Shown: positions 26,065-38,015, counted from the stretch's first letter. The stretch: DNA of 64,000 nucleotides from a bacterium (GCA_037127815.1 JBAXXP010000003.1:24096-88095); one strand, 5' to 3'. The notes: generated from the letters alone by a model not told the origin. A program made the numbers and translations.

Positions 26065-26124
26065 AAGGAGAGTATAGCATCTATTAGTGTGGTGGTGGAA
26101 GCTATAAACAAAACAATAATATTA

Positions 26125-26802
26125 CTATTCCAATAAATCAATTTCACAAAGAGTACTATGGTCAGTTGTTGGATTGTTAACTAAATAATAAGGTGTTCTG
26201 TCCATAAAACCAGATAGTGCTGGAGATGGACATTGTGTGCCACTACCCTCTTGGGCCCAAATTATTGTAACAGCATTTATACCGGGATAATCTATGCCTG
26301 AATTTTTGTAATAAGCTATACCTAATGACTGAAAACCCCAAGAAGCACCTGTACCATCTACCAGGGATACTTTGGTATTTTCTACAGGTATTTTACCAAT
26401 ATCCACGTAAGGTAATAAAGCTGCTCCGAGCCCATCACTAAAATCTGAACTTGTATCATTACGTACTCCGCTAGTCCACCCAGTAAAGTAACAGGTACCT
26501 GTACATTTACCATACCAAACGATATTATAGGTAAGAGGGTTTCCAACACCATATGTTCCTCCAGAAAATGTATGAGTATTTGGATATTTACCATTAGCCG
26601 TCCTGTACAATTCTAAAGCATTAATCAATTGTTTTACAGACTGAAACCTTGCTGTATTTCTTGCTTTGATTCTCGCACTCTGAACACTCACCAAAACAAC
26701 ACTTGAAAGCATGGCAATTATAGAAATGACCACCATTAGCTCAATTAGTGTGAACCCCCCCCCCCGTTTTGTTTTTATTCTAATAGAACTATTGAGTGAC
26801 AT
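26125..26802 (-). CDS. Type IV pilin / pseudopilin with G11 homopolymer in the signal-peptide region
   Basis: Prepilin cleavage/methylation motif GFTLIELMVVISIIAM. Eleven consecutive C on the plus strand at 26755-26765 encode R-G-G-G just before the motif. Confidence 0.7.
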   Translation of the reverse strand: MSLNSSIRIKTKRGGGFTLIELMVVISIIAMLSSVVLVSVQSARIKARNTARFQSVKQLINALELYRTANGKYPNTHTFSGGTYGVGNPLTYNIVWYGKCTGTCYFTGWTSGVRNDTSSDFSDGLGAALLPYVDIGKIPVENTKVSLVDGTGASWGFQSLGIAYYKNSGIDYPGINAVTIIWAQEGSGTQCPSPALSGFMDRTPYYLVNNPTTDHSTLCEIDLLE

Positions 26803-27103
26803 GATTTTTAAAATTAAATAATGGAGGGTTTGCAGGATCTATCGTTTGACTAGGTTCACCTCCAGAAAAAATAGTGAAGCCAAAAAAAGACTTCAAGCAA
26901 ACAAAAGTTACCACTATACACACCACGACAATACCAAGCATAAAGTAATTTACTTGAGTGTCATTCTTAAATAAACCCCAGCTCATAAAAAAGCTTTTTA
27001 GGCCCTTCTTTGCAGGATTCTGTGCTACTGCAAAGTTTCTCGAACCATTTGCAAAACTTTGTGCACTATATTTATTTTCTTCCTCAAATTGAATATCTGA
27101 CAT
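26789..27103 (-). CDS. Hypothetical small membrane protein
   Basis: 104 aa with one TM helix (MLGIVVVCIVVTFVCL). It overlaps the pilin start by 14 nt. Confidence 0.35.
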   Translation of the reverse strand: MSDIQFEEENKYSAQSFANGSRNFAVAQNPAKKGLKSFFMSWGLFKNDTQVNYFMLGIVVVCIVVTFVCLKSFFGFTIFSGGEPSQTIDPANPPLFNFKNHVTQ

Positions 27104-27118
27104 GTTATTAGGATTATA

Positions 27119-27997
27119 TCATAATCCTAATGCATTTATGCAATATCTAAGACCAGTGTTTGTTGGACCATCGTTAAAAAGATGACCTAAATGGGATCCA
27201 CAGAATGCACATTTTACTTCTGTTCTTTTCATTCCCAAACTATTGTCTTCCTTGAGTTCTATTGTCCCCTCTATCGCTCTATCAAATGATGGCCATCCGC
27301 AACCGGAATTAAATTTTGTTCCTGTCTCAAATAGTTCATTTTTGCATCCTGCACATCTGTAAACTCCCGTCTTATCAGCTTCAATATTTTTGCCCGTAAA
27401 TGGCGCTTCTGTTTCTGATTGACGTAGAATTTTATATTGTTCAGGTGATAAAGTTGTACTCCACAACAGGGGTGCAATTTCTTTCTGTAATTTCTCTAAT
27501 TTTGGCGCGATAACGAGCTGACAATATGGCGCAGTTTTGTGTAATGCAAAATAGTCTTGATGACTAATTTCTGCAAGAGTAAATTCCCCTGGCTCCCCAT
27601 CCTTTGGAAGAGCTTTAATTTCTGTAGCTACATTTTCCAAATTTTTAATAAATTTTTCAGCTTCCGTTTTTTGATCCTCTGTTGTATATAAAATTATTGA
27701 TCTGTATTGTGTTCCAATGTCATTTCCTTGTCTATTTATCTGCGTGTAATCATGTGATGAGAAAAATACTTTCAAAATATTTTCTGTGGAAATAAGTGCG
27801 GAATTATATTCAACCTTAATTACCTCTGCATGGTCTGTTGTTCCTGTGCAAATTTCTGGGTAAGTTGGGCTAAAAGTCTTTCCGCCGGCATATCCTGGAA
27901 ATACATTAAGCACCCCTTTAACATCTTTAAGAACTGCTTCTGTACACCAAAAGCATCCTCCTCCGAGAATAATAGTTTCTTTTATTGGTTTTGCCAT
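27119..27997 (-). CDS. msrAB: Bifunctional peptide methionine sulfoxide reductase MsrA-MsrB fusion
   Basis: MsrA active site GGGCFWC. MsrB motifs CAGC...GWPSF...CAFCGSHLGH...RYCIN. It ends with a TGA stop. Confidence 0.85.
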   Translation of the reverse strand: MAKPIKETIILGGGCFWCTEAVLKDVKGVLNVFPGYAGGKTFSPTYPEICTGTTDHAEVIKVEYNSALISTENILKVFFSSHDYTQINRQGNDIGTQYRSIILYTTEDQKTEAEKFIKNLENVATEIKALPKDGEPGEFTLAEISHQDYFALHKTAPYCQLVIAPKLEKLQKEIAPLLWSTTLSPEQYKILRQSETEAPFTGKNIEADKTGVYRCAGCKNELFETGTKFNSGCGWPSFDRAIEGTIELKEDNSLGMKRTEVKCAFCGSHLGHLFNDGPTNTGLRYCINALGL

Positions 27998-28024
27998 AGT
28001 GACTATATTATACTCCTTTTAAAT

Positions 28025-29206
28025 CTATATTTCAGCAATAAAATCTTCAACTATTTTTCTAACCTCCCCTGCATTTTGTGTCTCCATTAATTGTGCACGT
28101 AACTCCTTTGCTCCATCAAAGCCATTAACATAGGCCTTATAATGCTTCTTCATTACGGCAAAGTTTTTTATTCCTCCAAGTTCGTTTTGAAATTTTTGAG
28201 TGTGCTCTACCATTACATTTAGCTTTTCTTTTATGGATGGCTCCAGCGGTTCTTGCAGAGGGTTTCTAATTGTAGAAAATAACCAAGGATTTCCAAAAAT
28301 TGCTCTACCAATCATAACACCGTCTGCACCTGTATCCTTTGCTTTTTTGTATCCATCTTCAATTGATTCTACATCTCCATTTCCAAATATTAATGTGTGA
28401 TTCTTTCCAGCTTCTATAAGATGCGATTGCATTTTATTTCTTATCAAAACTGCACGATTCACATAATCCCAATTTGCTGGAACTTTTGACATTTCTTTTC
28501 TTGTTCTTGCATGAACTGTAACAACAGCAGGTGCAGCTTCTAGAATATTTTTTAACCATGAATCTAATTCATCTTTATTATATCCAACTCTAGTTTTAAC
28601 AGTTATGGGAATTATTTTTATCGATTTTTCACCAGTACTATCCCCTTTACTTTCCTGGCTCGCCCTCTCTACTCCCCGCTTTGCAGCAAGGACAATTTCT
28701 TTAGCGAGTTTCGGATTCTTCATCATTGAAGCCCCTGCTCCCTGCTTTTCAATACTTTTATCAGGACATCCCATATTTAAATCTATTCCATCAAATCCAA
28801 GTTCAGCAACCAATTTGCAAGCTTCCTCCATATATTGTGGATGTGATCCAAAAAGTTGTGCAACTATTGGATGCTCTAATTCTGATGAGAATTTTAAATC
28901 TGCTAGTAGTTTTTTCTTTCCTTCCTCTGTTGCTCTGACAAGTCCGTCAGCTGCCACAAACTCAGTCCACAAAACATCTGGCATTCCATATTTTGCGATT
29001 ACATATCTAAAGGCACAATCTGTAACATCTGCCATTGGAGCAAGAACAAAGATGGGACGATTTTCACTTTTGCATTTTGAGTCTATCTCTTTCCAAAAAC
29101 CCAAATTTGGTTCCTCAATCTCTATAGCAGAAGGACCACAACAAGTGTGACTCATTGCGTTCTTGTAGATATTTTTTATAAAATTTTTAACAGTTTTTAA
29201 AGCCAT
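28025..29206 (-). CDS. dus: tRNA-dihydrouridine synthase
   Basis: Motifs LAPMADVTD, GIDLNMGCP and the conserved lysine/TIM-barrel signatures. Confidence 0.8.
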   Translation of the reverse strand: MALKTVKNFIKNIYKNAMSHTCCGPSAIEIEEPNLGFWKEIDSKCKSENRPIFVLAPMADVTDCAFRYVIAKYGMPDVLWTEFVAADGLVRATEEGKKKLLADLKFSSELEHPIVAQLFGSHPQYMEEACKLVAELGFDGIDLNMGCPDKSIEKQGAGASMMKNPKLAKEIVLAAKRGVERASQESKGDSTGEKSIKIIPITVKTRVGYNKDELDSWLKNILEAAPAVVTVHARTRKEMSKVPANWDYVNRAVLIRNKMQSHLIEAGKNHTLIFGNGDVESIEDGYKKAKDTGADGVMIGRAIFGNPWLFSTIRNPLQEPLEPSIKEKLNVMVEHTQKFQNELGGIKNFAVMKKHYKAYVNGFDGAKELRAQLMETQNAGEVRKIVEDFIAEI

Positions 29207-29244
29207 ATATTATGCGTATTGTAGCAGATTTTGAGGTAAATTAA

Positions 29245-29273
29245 AGGGCGCGGAGGTCGAAGACCTCCGCGCC
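29245..29273 (-). terminator. GC-rich perfect hairpin (gggcgcggaggtc-gaa-gacctccgcgccc) downstream of the HAD gene
   Basis: 13-bp perfect stem with a T-rich tail on the minus strand. Confidence 0.5.
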
Positions 29274-29289
29274 CGCTTTGAGTCGCTAA

Positions 29290-30159
29290 TCAAATCGTAA
29301 GTGACGCGCTCAATTCAATATCACCAAATGCAGCCCTTGCTATCTCATCGTAGGAAATCATTCCCCTAGCACCATTATCAATCATCTTCTCCCTCCACTT
29401 CCTGTCACGAGTAGATTCTCCGTTGATGGTCGCTTTGCTCATTACCGCAACTGGAGTAACCATATCACTATATCCCTTTGCTGACTTCATGTCTTTTGGA
29501 CTATCTCCAAAGAAGTAAAAAGGAACAAATGATTTTCCTCCATGATGCATCCAATGGAAGCTTGCCAAGGATCCTAGAACACCGGACTTATTAACTCCTG
29601 AGACAATGACATCAAATGAAATACCAGTCTGTTTTTTTAGAATCCAGGAAACAGGAAGAACCGTGTTTGCAGTCACAAAAATAATATACCGTGAGACATT
29701 AACTTCCTGAAGCATTTCTATTGCTCCTGGAAAAAACTTACTGGGTTTTATCCGTTCGACCTCAAGTATGATCCTGCTATATTGTTTCCATGCATCTTCC
29801 ATTGAAATCCTTCTTGGAAGTCCCCAATGGTGAAAGCATTCTCCACTCAATATAACTCCCATCTTGAATTCATCTAAGCCAGGAACCCTTCGGGTAGCTG
29901 ACGTGTACTGGCCAATAAAATGTCTGGCCGCCAACCAATAAGTCTTAGCACTGTCATAGACGGTGCCGTCAAAATCAAATGCAATCAATGGTTTTGGAAC
30001 ACCACAGCTGGACAATTCGACATTAACAACTTGACTATCTTTTATGCCATGGATCTTTGTGAGAAAGATCCTGTTCATATTTTCACCACCTCCTGTATAT
30101 AATTCTATACCCGATATCATTTTGGAAAAGAGCTTGTTTGCGCTCCCCTTTCTGTACAA
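29290..30159 (-). CDS. HAD-family hydrolase
   Basis: DFDGT motif (IAFDFDGTVYD). Confidence 0.55.
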   Translation of the reverse strand: MYRKGSANKLFSKMISGIELYTGGGENMNRIFLTKIHGIKDSQVVNVELSSCGVPKPLIAFDFDGTVYDSAKTYWLAARHFIGQYTSATRRVPGLDEFKMGVILSGECFHHWGLPRRISMEDAWKQYSRIILEVERIKPSKFFPGAIEMLQEVNVSRYIIFVTANTVLPVSWILKKQTGISFDVIVSGVNKSGVLGSLASFHWMHHGGKSFVPFYFFGDSPKDMKSAKGYSDMVTPVAVMSKATINGESTRDRKWREKMIDNGARGMISYDEIARAAFGDIELSASLTI

Positions 30160-30271
30160 AAAGGTACCACACTAATATATACTTAGCAATACCGATTAGA
30201 TTTTACAAGATATGATACAATGATGAAATACAAATTATAAAAATAAGTAGTTGAGCCAAAAACTCGATTAA

Positions 30272-31636
<1,365 letters not shown>

Positions 31637-31644
31637 TTAAAACA

Positions 31645-33282
31645 ATGAACAACACACAAGACGCAGACTATGGAGTAACAGAAACTGATGGTACAGCTGT
31701 TGCAGAAAGACATCATCTTAGAAAACCTATAATTCTAATTGTTCTTGATGGTTGGGGTTACAGAGAAGACAAGAAAGACAACGCAATTGCTGAGGCAAAT
31801 ACTCCCAGATTTAAAGAATTCTGGAATACTTATCCTCACACCCTTTTGGATGCAAGCGGCCTTGCAGTAGGTTTACCTGAGGGTCAAATGGGAAATAGTG
31901 AAATTGGTCACACAACAATTGGTGCGGGACGTGCAATGGATACAGATTTGGTTAGAATAAAAAAATCAATTACGAGCGGTGAGTATGAAAAGTTACCACC
32001 ATTTGTTGAATTATTTAATCATGTCAATCAAAACGACAGCACCCTTCATGCTATGGGACTTTTAAGTGATGGTGGAATACACAGTCATCAAGACCATCTA
32101 TTTGCATTTATTCGTGCTGCAAAAAACGCTGGAGTAAAAAAACTAGCTATTCATGTCTTTACAGATGGTCGTGATGTTCCCCCACAAAGTGCTTCAAAGT
32201 ATATTGCAGACCTTCAAGCAGTTATCAAAGAAGTTGGTCTTGGATTTATCGCAACTATTTCTGGTAGATACTACGCGATGGATCGTGATAACAATGCAGA
32301 GAGACTAGCAAAAGCTGAGGATGCTATTTACAACACCAAAGGAAATCTTTGTGAAATAAATCCAGTAGATTATTTGGAAAATCTTTATAAAGAAGAGAAG
32401 ATTGATGAACTACTAGAGCCAATTGTTTGTAAGAATACTATTGGAGGAATTACCAATGGTACAGAAGTGATAGGCGCTCCGATAAATGAACATGATGGTA
32501 TTTTCTTTTACAACTTTAGAGCAGACCGTGCACGCCAATTAACAAGAAGTATTCTAGCAAAAGCAAAGTCTATGGATTTATCTTTTGTAGGAATGGCTTC
32601 ATATGGTGATGAGTTTAATTATCCCGTTGTATTCCCTTCTCTACTTATCGAAACGACTCTTGCAAAAGAAATTTCTCAAGACGGTTTTACTCAAGCTCAT
32701 ATTGCAGAAACAGAAAAGTTTCCTCATGCTACATATTTTCTAAATGGTGGAGTTGAGAAACCATATCCTGGAGAATCACATATTCTTTTAGCAAGCCACA
32801 AAGATGTTCCTACACATGACTTAGCACCAAAAATGCGAGCTGAAGGAATTGCTGATAAGGCGATTGAGCAAATAGAAGCAGGCACTGATTTTATCTTTAT
32901 AAACTTTGCCAATGCTGACATGATTGGCCACACAGCAAATGTTCCAGCTATAATTGAGTCTGTAGAGGAAGCTGATAAGCAATTAGGACGAGTAGTTGAT
33001 GCAGCCGTTGCACGTGGTGGTATAGTGTTTATTACAGCTGATCATGGAAACGCTGAATTAAATATTGATCAAACAACTGGAAAGAAACATACATCACATA
33101 CAACAAACTTGGTCCCGATGATTGTAACAGACAAAGAAATAAAATTACGTGAGAAAGGCAATTCAACAAACACAGCAACGTTTGGTGTTCCAACACTAGC
33201 TGATATTGCACCAACTATTTTTGATGAGATGCAAATCAAGAAGCCGGATTTCATGACGGGAGAAAGTTTGATTGTGAAATAG
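31645..33282 (+). CDS. gpmI: 2,3-bisphosphoglycerate-independent phosphoglycerate mutase
   Basis: Motifs LDGWGY, GNSEIGH and ADHGNAE. Confidence 0.95.
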   Translation: MNNTQDADYGVTETDGTAVAERHHLRKPIILIVLDGWGYREDKKDNAIAEANTPRFKEFWNTYPHTLLDASGLAVGLPEGQMGNSEIGHTTIGAGRAMDTDLVRIKKSITSGEYEKLPPFVELFNHVNQNDSTLHAMGLLSDGGIHSHQDHLFAFIRAAKNAGVKKLAIHVFTDGRDVPPQSASKYIADLQAVIKEVGLGFIATISGRYYAMDRDNNAERLAKAEDAIYNTKGNLCEINPVDYLENLYKEEKIDELLEPIVCKNTIGGITNGTEVIGAPINEHDGIFFYNFRADRARQLTRSILAKAKSMDLSFVGMASYGDEFNYPVVFPSLLIETTLAKEISQDGFTQAHIAETEKFPHATYFLNGGVEKPYPGESHILLASHKDVPTHDLAPKMRAEGIADKAIEQIEAGTDFIFINFANADMIGHTANVPAIIESVEEADKQLGRVVDAAVARGGIVFITADHGNAELNIDQTTGKKHTSHTTNLVPMIVTDKEIKLREKGNSTNTATFGVPTLADIAPTIFDEMQIKKPDFMTGESLIVK

Positions 33283-33309
33283 TACTTACCACAAGTATCG
33301 TTCTGCAAC

Positions 33310-33339
33310 AAAAAAGTATGCTCTCAAGCATACTTTTTT
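33310..33339. terminator. Bidirectional rho-independent terminator (aaaaaagtatgc-tctcaa-gcatactttttt)
   Basis: 12-bp perfect stem flanked by A- and T-runs, between convergent gpmI and ORF 33364..33879. Confidence 0.6.
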
Positions 33340-33363
33340 GTTGACTCTTTAATATCAAACGAT

Positions 33364-33879
33364 TTACGCAGCCAACTTTTCTAATATCTTAATCTCCTCC
33401 TCTAGGTGATGCTCGTCTGTTTTCAATTTAGTAATTTCTTGTTCTTCCATTCTCTTTCTACTTATTGCAACAGCCAATTCCTTTACATGATTCTCTGTTG
33501 TTTTGTCTGAATAAGCCTTTAAACTAGTTACCTTTTGTATTTCAGTTTCAATATCCTTAATTTTATTTCTAAGCTCTCTAATCTTCATATCAAAGTTCTC
33601 TACAGTCTTAGGGGCTGATAACCTAACAACATTACCTTCGAGCCTCCTAAACTCCACATTTCTTCTAGCTAGCTCATCCTTAATTATTCTTAATTTAATA
33701 TTCCTTGACTGAATATCTTGCTTTGCACGAGTTTGCTGATCTTTCTTTCTTTGTTCCGCAATCTGCTTAAGTCTCATCTGTTCAGATGCACCAGCATCAA
33801 ACCCAAGCGCTTGCTTATGTTGTGAAAAACTATCTCCTTGTTGATATCCAAATGTCATATTGATTACATTATACATCAT
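33364..33879 (-). CDS. Hypothetical coiled-coil protein
   Basis: 171 aa with charged heptad-like composition. Confidence 0.4.
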   Translation of the reverse strand: MMYNVINMTFGYQQGDSFSQHKQALGFDAGASEQMRLKQIAEQRKKDQQTRAKQDIQSRNIKLRIIKDELARRNVEFRRLEGNVVRLSAPKTVENFDMKIRELRNKIKDIETEIQKVTSLKAYSDKTTENHVKELAVAISRKRMEEQEITKLKTDEHHLEEEIKILEKLAA

Positions 33880-33927
33880 TCATCATTTATACATAAATTT
33901 ATAGAAGATGTTTTGTATATAATAATA

Positions 33928-34311
33928 CTATTCAATTGAATCAAAAAACACTAAATCATATTTCTCCTTTAAAATAACGGAAGATGAAGTCTTGTTGAAT
34001 TTGATACCTATGTCCCTATCTTCCTTTAGTTCTGGAGTACTTTGAACTGTGTTGGATACCAAGCTGCTAAAACTATTCTCGATTTTTTGATTACTGATCC
34101 TAAATCGTCTATATATATTTGCAAAATTAATGTTATAAATATTATCATTTCTAAACTCCGTCCGTTTATCATTGGAGGCCAACCTACTATTCATTTGAAT
34201 CATAGACTCAATAACAAACACGGCAAAGGTTACAAAAACCGCACAATAAATCACAATCTCTATCAAAGTGAATCCTTGCTTAAAATTTGTATTTATTTTT
34301 TTATATATCAT
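33928..34311 (-). CDS. Pseudopilin / minor pilin (prepilin-type N-terminus)
   Basis: Motif GFTLIEIVIYCAVF. Confidence 0.6.
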   Translation of the reverse strand: MIYKKINTNFKQGFTLIEIVIYCAVFVTFAVFVIESMIQMNSRLASNDKRTEFRNDNIYNINFANIYRRFRISNQKIENSFSSLVSNTVQSTPELKEDRDIGIKFNKTSSSVILKEKYDLVFFDSIE

Positions 34312-35609
34312 GCGGGAATTAATTCAAAAATTATTGGTGTTATTGATTCTGTTGAAGTCCCATTCATTTTGTAATTTGATCCAACTCCAAAAATTTTATC
34401 CCCAACACACTCTAAATCTATTATCGAACTTGTGGTATTAATTGTCTGTATTATTTTAGACAAATCAAAACTATCTCTAATTTGAATTTTAGAATTATTC
34501 TTTCCGGCTGCAATAAATAAATTTCTGCCAGAGATAAGCATTGAATATATACCTTCATTAACATCTATAGAATTTACTAAATCATAGACAAAACTTACAG
34601 CTGTGTTCTGGTTCAAGTTCTTGGTACTTGTAGAATAATCCCTATCTATATTAATCTTGAACAGTTCGTTATTTCCAGCTGTCCTTCCAACATAAATTGA
34701 GCCATTATCTTGAATCAAACTCCTTACATTTCCAAGTGATCCAAACAGATCAAATGAGCTTACAGATGGAGCAAACGGAAATAAAGTCATGGGTGTGTAT
34801 GTAAAATTGCAATTTAAACACAAATCAATTATTTCAGGCTCCTTTGCTGTTGAGACAAGAAGGTGCTGGTATTTATCATACATTGGCCATAAATCCTGGA
34901 CCGAGCTATCCAGTTCCCATTTGTTATCAATAGCACCAGCCATCCCTATAACAGAATCTATTTTTGTTAAATCAATAGAAAACAGTTCTTCATTATTATT
35001 TTTCTTGAGTCCTACAAATAAGTGCGGATAAATAATTGCTAACTTTGTTGCATACACCGGATTAGCGGAGCTGGACCAAGATATTTTATAATCACCGACT
35101 TTATTAAGTTTCATAAGAGTGGGATCAAATTTAAATTTTTGTATCGCGCTATTAACACTTGAATTAATTACTAATATATTTCTTCCTACATTAACCAATC
35201 CCAGAACACCAGGCCCAGAATCAATTCTGTCTAATGGCTCTGAAATATTTTTATAATTATATGTAATCAAATCATAATCCGTTGTTGAGGCGGAATTCAA
35301 GCTCACATAAATATTCTGGCCATCTGAAATTATTCCCGTCACTTCAGTAGAGGTTGATTTAACTGGGATTATTTGAGATATCATCATGTACGAGGATGGT
35401 GTACTAGTCCCCGTGTCACCACTACATAAATCGACTCTATTCATATATGCCTCTGAACCAACTTTTGTTACATCAAAAATTGTTTGATTAGAAACGTCTT
35501 GAATTAATTTATATGGAGACCTTTCATTTATGCCAAGTATATATGAATTTATAGGAATCATAATTGCAATCCAAAGCATTAAGGAGGTCATCAATTCTAG
35601 TATGAGCAT
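34308..35609 (-). CDS. Large pilin-like / pilus-associated protein with degenerate prepilin N-terminus
   Basis: N-terminus MLILELMTSLMLWIAIMIP. It lies in the operon with the pseudopilin, pilC and pilB. Confidence 0.35.
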   Translation of the reverse strand: MLILELMTSLMLWIAIMIPINSYILGINERSPYKLIQDVSNQTIFDVTKVGSEAYMNRVDLCSGDTGTSTPSSYMMISQIIPVKSTSTEVTGIISDGQNIYVSLNSASTTDYDLITYNYKNISEPLDRIDSGPGVLGLVNVGRNILVINSSVNSAIQKFKFDPTLMKLNKVGDYKISWSSSANPVYATKLAIIYPHLFVGLKKNNNEELFSIDLTKIDSVIGMAGAIDNKWELDSSVQDLWPMYDKYQHLLVSTAKEPEIIDLCLNCNFTYTPMTLFPFAPSVSSFDLFGSLGNVRSLIQDNGSIYVGRTAGNNELFKINIDRDYSTSTKNLNQNTAVSFVYDLVNSIDVNEGIYSMLISGRNLFIAAGKNNSKIQIRDSFDLSKIIQTINTTSSIIDLECVGDKIFGVGSNYKMNGTSTESITPIIFELIPA

Positions 35610-35647
35610 TAATATTTTTTGTTAATTATAATCTTAATTTAATCATT

Positions 35648-36760
35648 TTAATAACCCGTATAGGAAATAAGTGAATACATTGGCGTGATAATAGAAACTG
35701 CAATAAACCCAACGCCTATCCCAACAGCAATCATTGATATTGGTTCAATAAGCTTATTTATCAAAGAAATTCCTTCATCAAAATATTCTTGATGAATGTC
35801 TGCTATAGAAGAAAATGTCTCCGATATAGACCCAGTTTGCTCTCCACAAACAATTAAAGGAATCCATATTTTATTTTTACTGGACACCTCCCTACCTATG
35901 CTTTTTGACAAGAGCATTCCACCTTCAACTTCATTTGCAACGTTTAAGAGTTTTGTTCTTTCTACTGGTATTAGAGATCCCTTTGCTGAGTCTCGTAGCG
36001 ACTCGACAAGGAGACCACTTGAAGCAAAGACCTCGCTTGCTATTCTAAAGCTAATTAAGGCCGAGTAATGATTTATTAGGCTTCCAAATACTGGAATTTT
36101 AATCATTAAGCTTCCAACGTGATTTTGAAAAGTCTCTAGGCCTTTTTTCTTTATATAAAACACAAACCCTATCGTAATTACTACAGATAAAATAATTCCC
36201 AAAAACATCATAGGCAATAAATTGTCACTTAAGAAAAAAAGCACTTGTGTTGTCCAAGGTATGCTAATTCTTCCTCCACTAAATAAAGGTTTAATCTTTG
36301 GTACAATTATTATTAGTATCATTAATACTAAAATTAAAGATACGGCCAGTATAATACATGGATAAAGTAGGGCTAATAATAACTTTGATTTGGTTTTCTC
36401 TATACTCTTACTCATTTTGCATACACGGTTTATCCCCTCCGGTAAATTACCTGAACTCTCAGATTTTTTTATGATTGTTAATTCATAGTTTTTAATTGGT
36501 AAATTCAAATCTTCTATAGATTGTCCAAAAGTTTTACCTGATTTCAATTTATTTATTATTTGATTTTTCCAATCCAAGTCACCTTCATTATTACAAAAAA
36601 CACTAAGTGATTCTACAAGAGGTACACCAGCAGAATATAACCTAGCGAACATTTTGAAATGTACCAGTATATCTTTTCTTAATTTTGAGTTACTTATTTT
36701 TTTCATTATTTTTTCATATCTTATCCACTTTATTTCTTTTATCTTCTTCCATTGATTCAT
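35648..36760 (-). CDS. pilC: Type IV pilus assembly / T2SS platform protein PilC/GspF family
   Basis: 370 aa with duplicated GspF domains and three TM segments. Confidence 0.85.
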   Translation of the reverse strand: MNQWKKIKEIKWIRYEKIMKKISNSKLRKDILVHFKMFARLYSAGVPLVESLSVFCNNEGDLDWKNQIINKLKSGKTFGQSIEDLNLPIKNYELTIIKKSESSGNLPEGINRVCKMSKSIEKTKSKLLLALLYPCIILAVSLILVLMILIIIVPKIKPLFSGGRISIPWTTQVLFFLSDNLLPMMFLGIILSVVITIGFVFYIKKKGLETFQNHVGSLMIKIPVFGSLINHYSALISFRIASEVFASSGLLVESLRDSAKGSLIPVERTKLLNVANEVEGGMLLSKSIGREVSSKNKIWIPLIVCGEQTGSISETFSSIADIHQEYFDEGISLINKLIEPISMIAVGIGVGFIAVSIITPMYSLISYTGY

Positions 36761-37889
36761 AAGTGAATTCTTCTTTATATCTACTTACGTCTGACTTACC
36801 ATTATTTTCATCTGTAAAAACTGTGTATGCGTCACCGTCTTTGTTGTGTAACAGGCTTTCAAAAGTAGCTATTTGATCATGTGCCCATTCTGCATCCTTA
36901 GAAACATTTTCCAACCTCTGATTAAATACAGCTCTAATAACCATAGAAAATTCATAAGAATCCGCTCCTAAATATCTACATCTTCTTATTGCCATTTTTA
37001 CATCCCTTGCATGAATTGTTGTTATTACGGTATGCCCTGTTAAGGCAAGGTTCATTACACTCTTCATGGTGTCAGAATCTCTAACTTCACCAACATAAAT
37101 AACATCTGGGTCCTGCCTCATGGAAGCCTTAAGTGCTTGAACATAGTTAAAGCCTGATTGAGGGCGTATTTGAACTTGCCTTAAACCATCTAACCGTCTC
37201 TCCACAGGATCTTCAATTGTTAAGACTTGCTTGTTTTCTTCAACTAAAGAAGTCAGCAAACTGTACGCACTAGTAGACTTACCACTACCCGTTGGACCCG
37301 AAAAAATAACAAGCCCGGGGGAGATCCTTAAACTTTCTAATAGATTTTGAAATACAGATGAAGACATACCTGTGTCCGTTAGATATTGTATTTTTAAACC
37401 AGAAGAATCTAGTACACGTAAAACCATACACTCTCCATCAACCCCCGGAATTGTTGCTACGCGAACTCTATAGTTTAAGTGCCCAAAACTACCATCTTGT
37501 GGTACATCCCTTATGTCTATGCGCATTTGAGCAAGAATCTTATACCTTCCAATTAATTCTATGTATTGTTCATACCTTATATAGCGACCTTCACTCATAT
37601 CTCCTTTTATTCTAAATCTTATTTCCGTCTTGTCCTTAAAAGGTTGGATATGAATATCCGATGCAGATAATTTTATAGCATCTGCAATTAATGTATCAGC
37701 TTGATCAATTGAATTCTTTGAATGTAAATATAATAATGACTCATCATGACTTTTTTTTATAGAATTTACTATTGCTTCAGGTAAAATTACCGATGCAATA
37801 GATGGTTCTGTCAAAATAGAGAGGCCTTGTTTTATAGACCCCTCTTTTAATCTTACTTTCAAAATATTCTCACTGGTTTTTTGTGCCAT
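36714..37889 (-). CDS. Type IV pilus/T2SS ATPase (PilB/PilT/GspE family)
   Basis: Walker A GPTGSGKST, Asp box, Walker B and GEVRD motif. Confidence 0.85.
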   Translation of the reverse strand: MAQKTSENILKVRLKEGSIKQGLSILTEPSIASVILPEAIVNSIKKSHDESLLYLHSKNSIDQADTLIADAIKLSASDIHIQPFKDKTEIRFRIKGDMSEGRYIRYEQYIELIGRYKILAQMRIDIRDVPQDGSFGHLNYRVRVATIPGVDGECMVLRVLDSSGLKIQYLTDTGMSSSVFQNLLESLRISPGLVIFSGPTGSGKSTSAYSLLTSLVEENKQVLTIEDPVERRLDGLRQVQIRPQSGFNYVQALKASMRQDPDVIYVGEVRDSDTMKSVMNLALTGHTVITTIHARDVKMAIRRCRYLGADSYEFSMVIRAVFNQRLENVSKDAEWAHDQIATFESLLHNKDGDAYTVFTDENNGKSDVSRYKEEFTYESMEEDKRNKVDKI

Positions 37890-37899
37890 ATGAAAATCC

Positions 37900-37957
37900 T
37901 AACAAATCAATATGAGTTTTCTATAAAGAAAAGATAAAGAAATACCAAAGATTTTAT
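37900..37957. repeat. 58-bp perfect direct repeat, copy A (taacaaatcaatatgagttttctataaagaaaagataaagaaataccaaagattttat)
   Basis: Identical to 38886..38943. The two copies flank the Bro-N gene. Confidence 0.85.
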
Positions 37958-38015
37958 TTTATATTTTTTTGATTATTTAATTTCTAAACATTATTTGTCT
38001 ATTCCAGTATTATTT

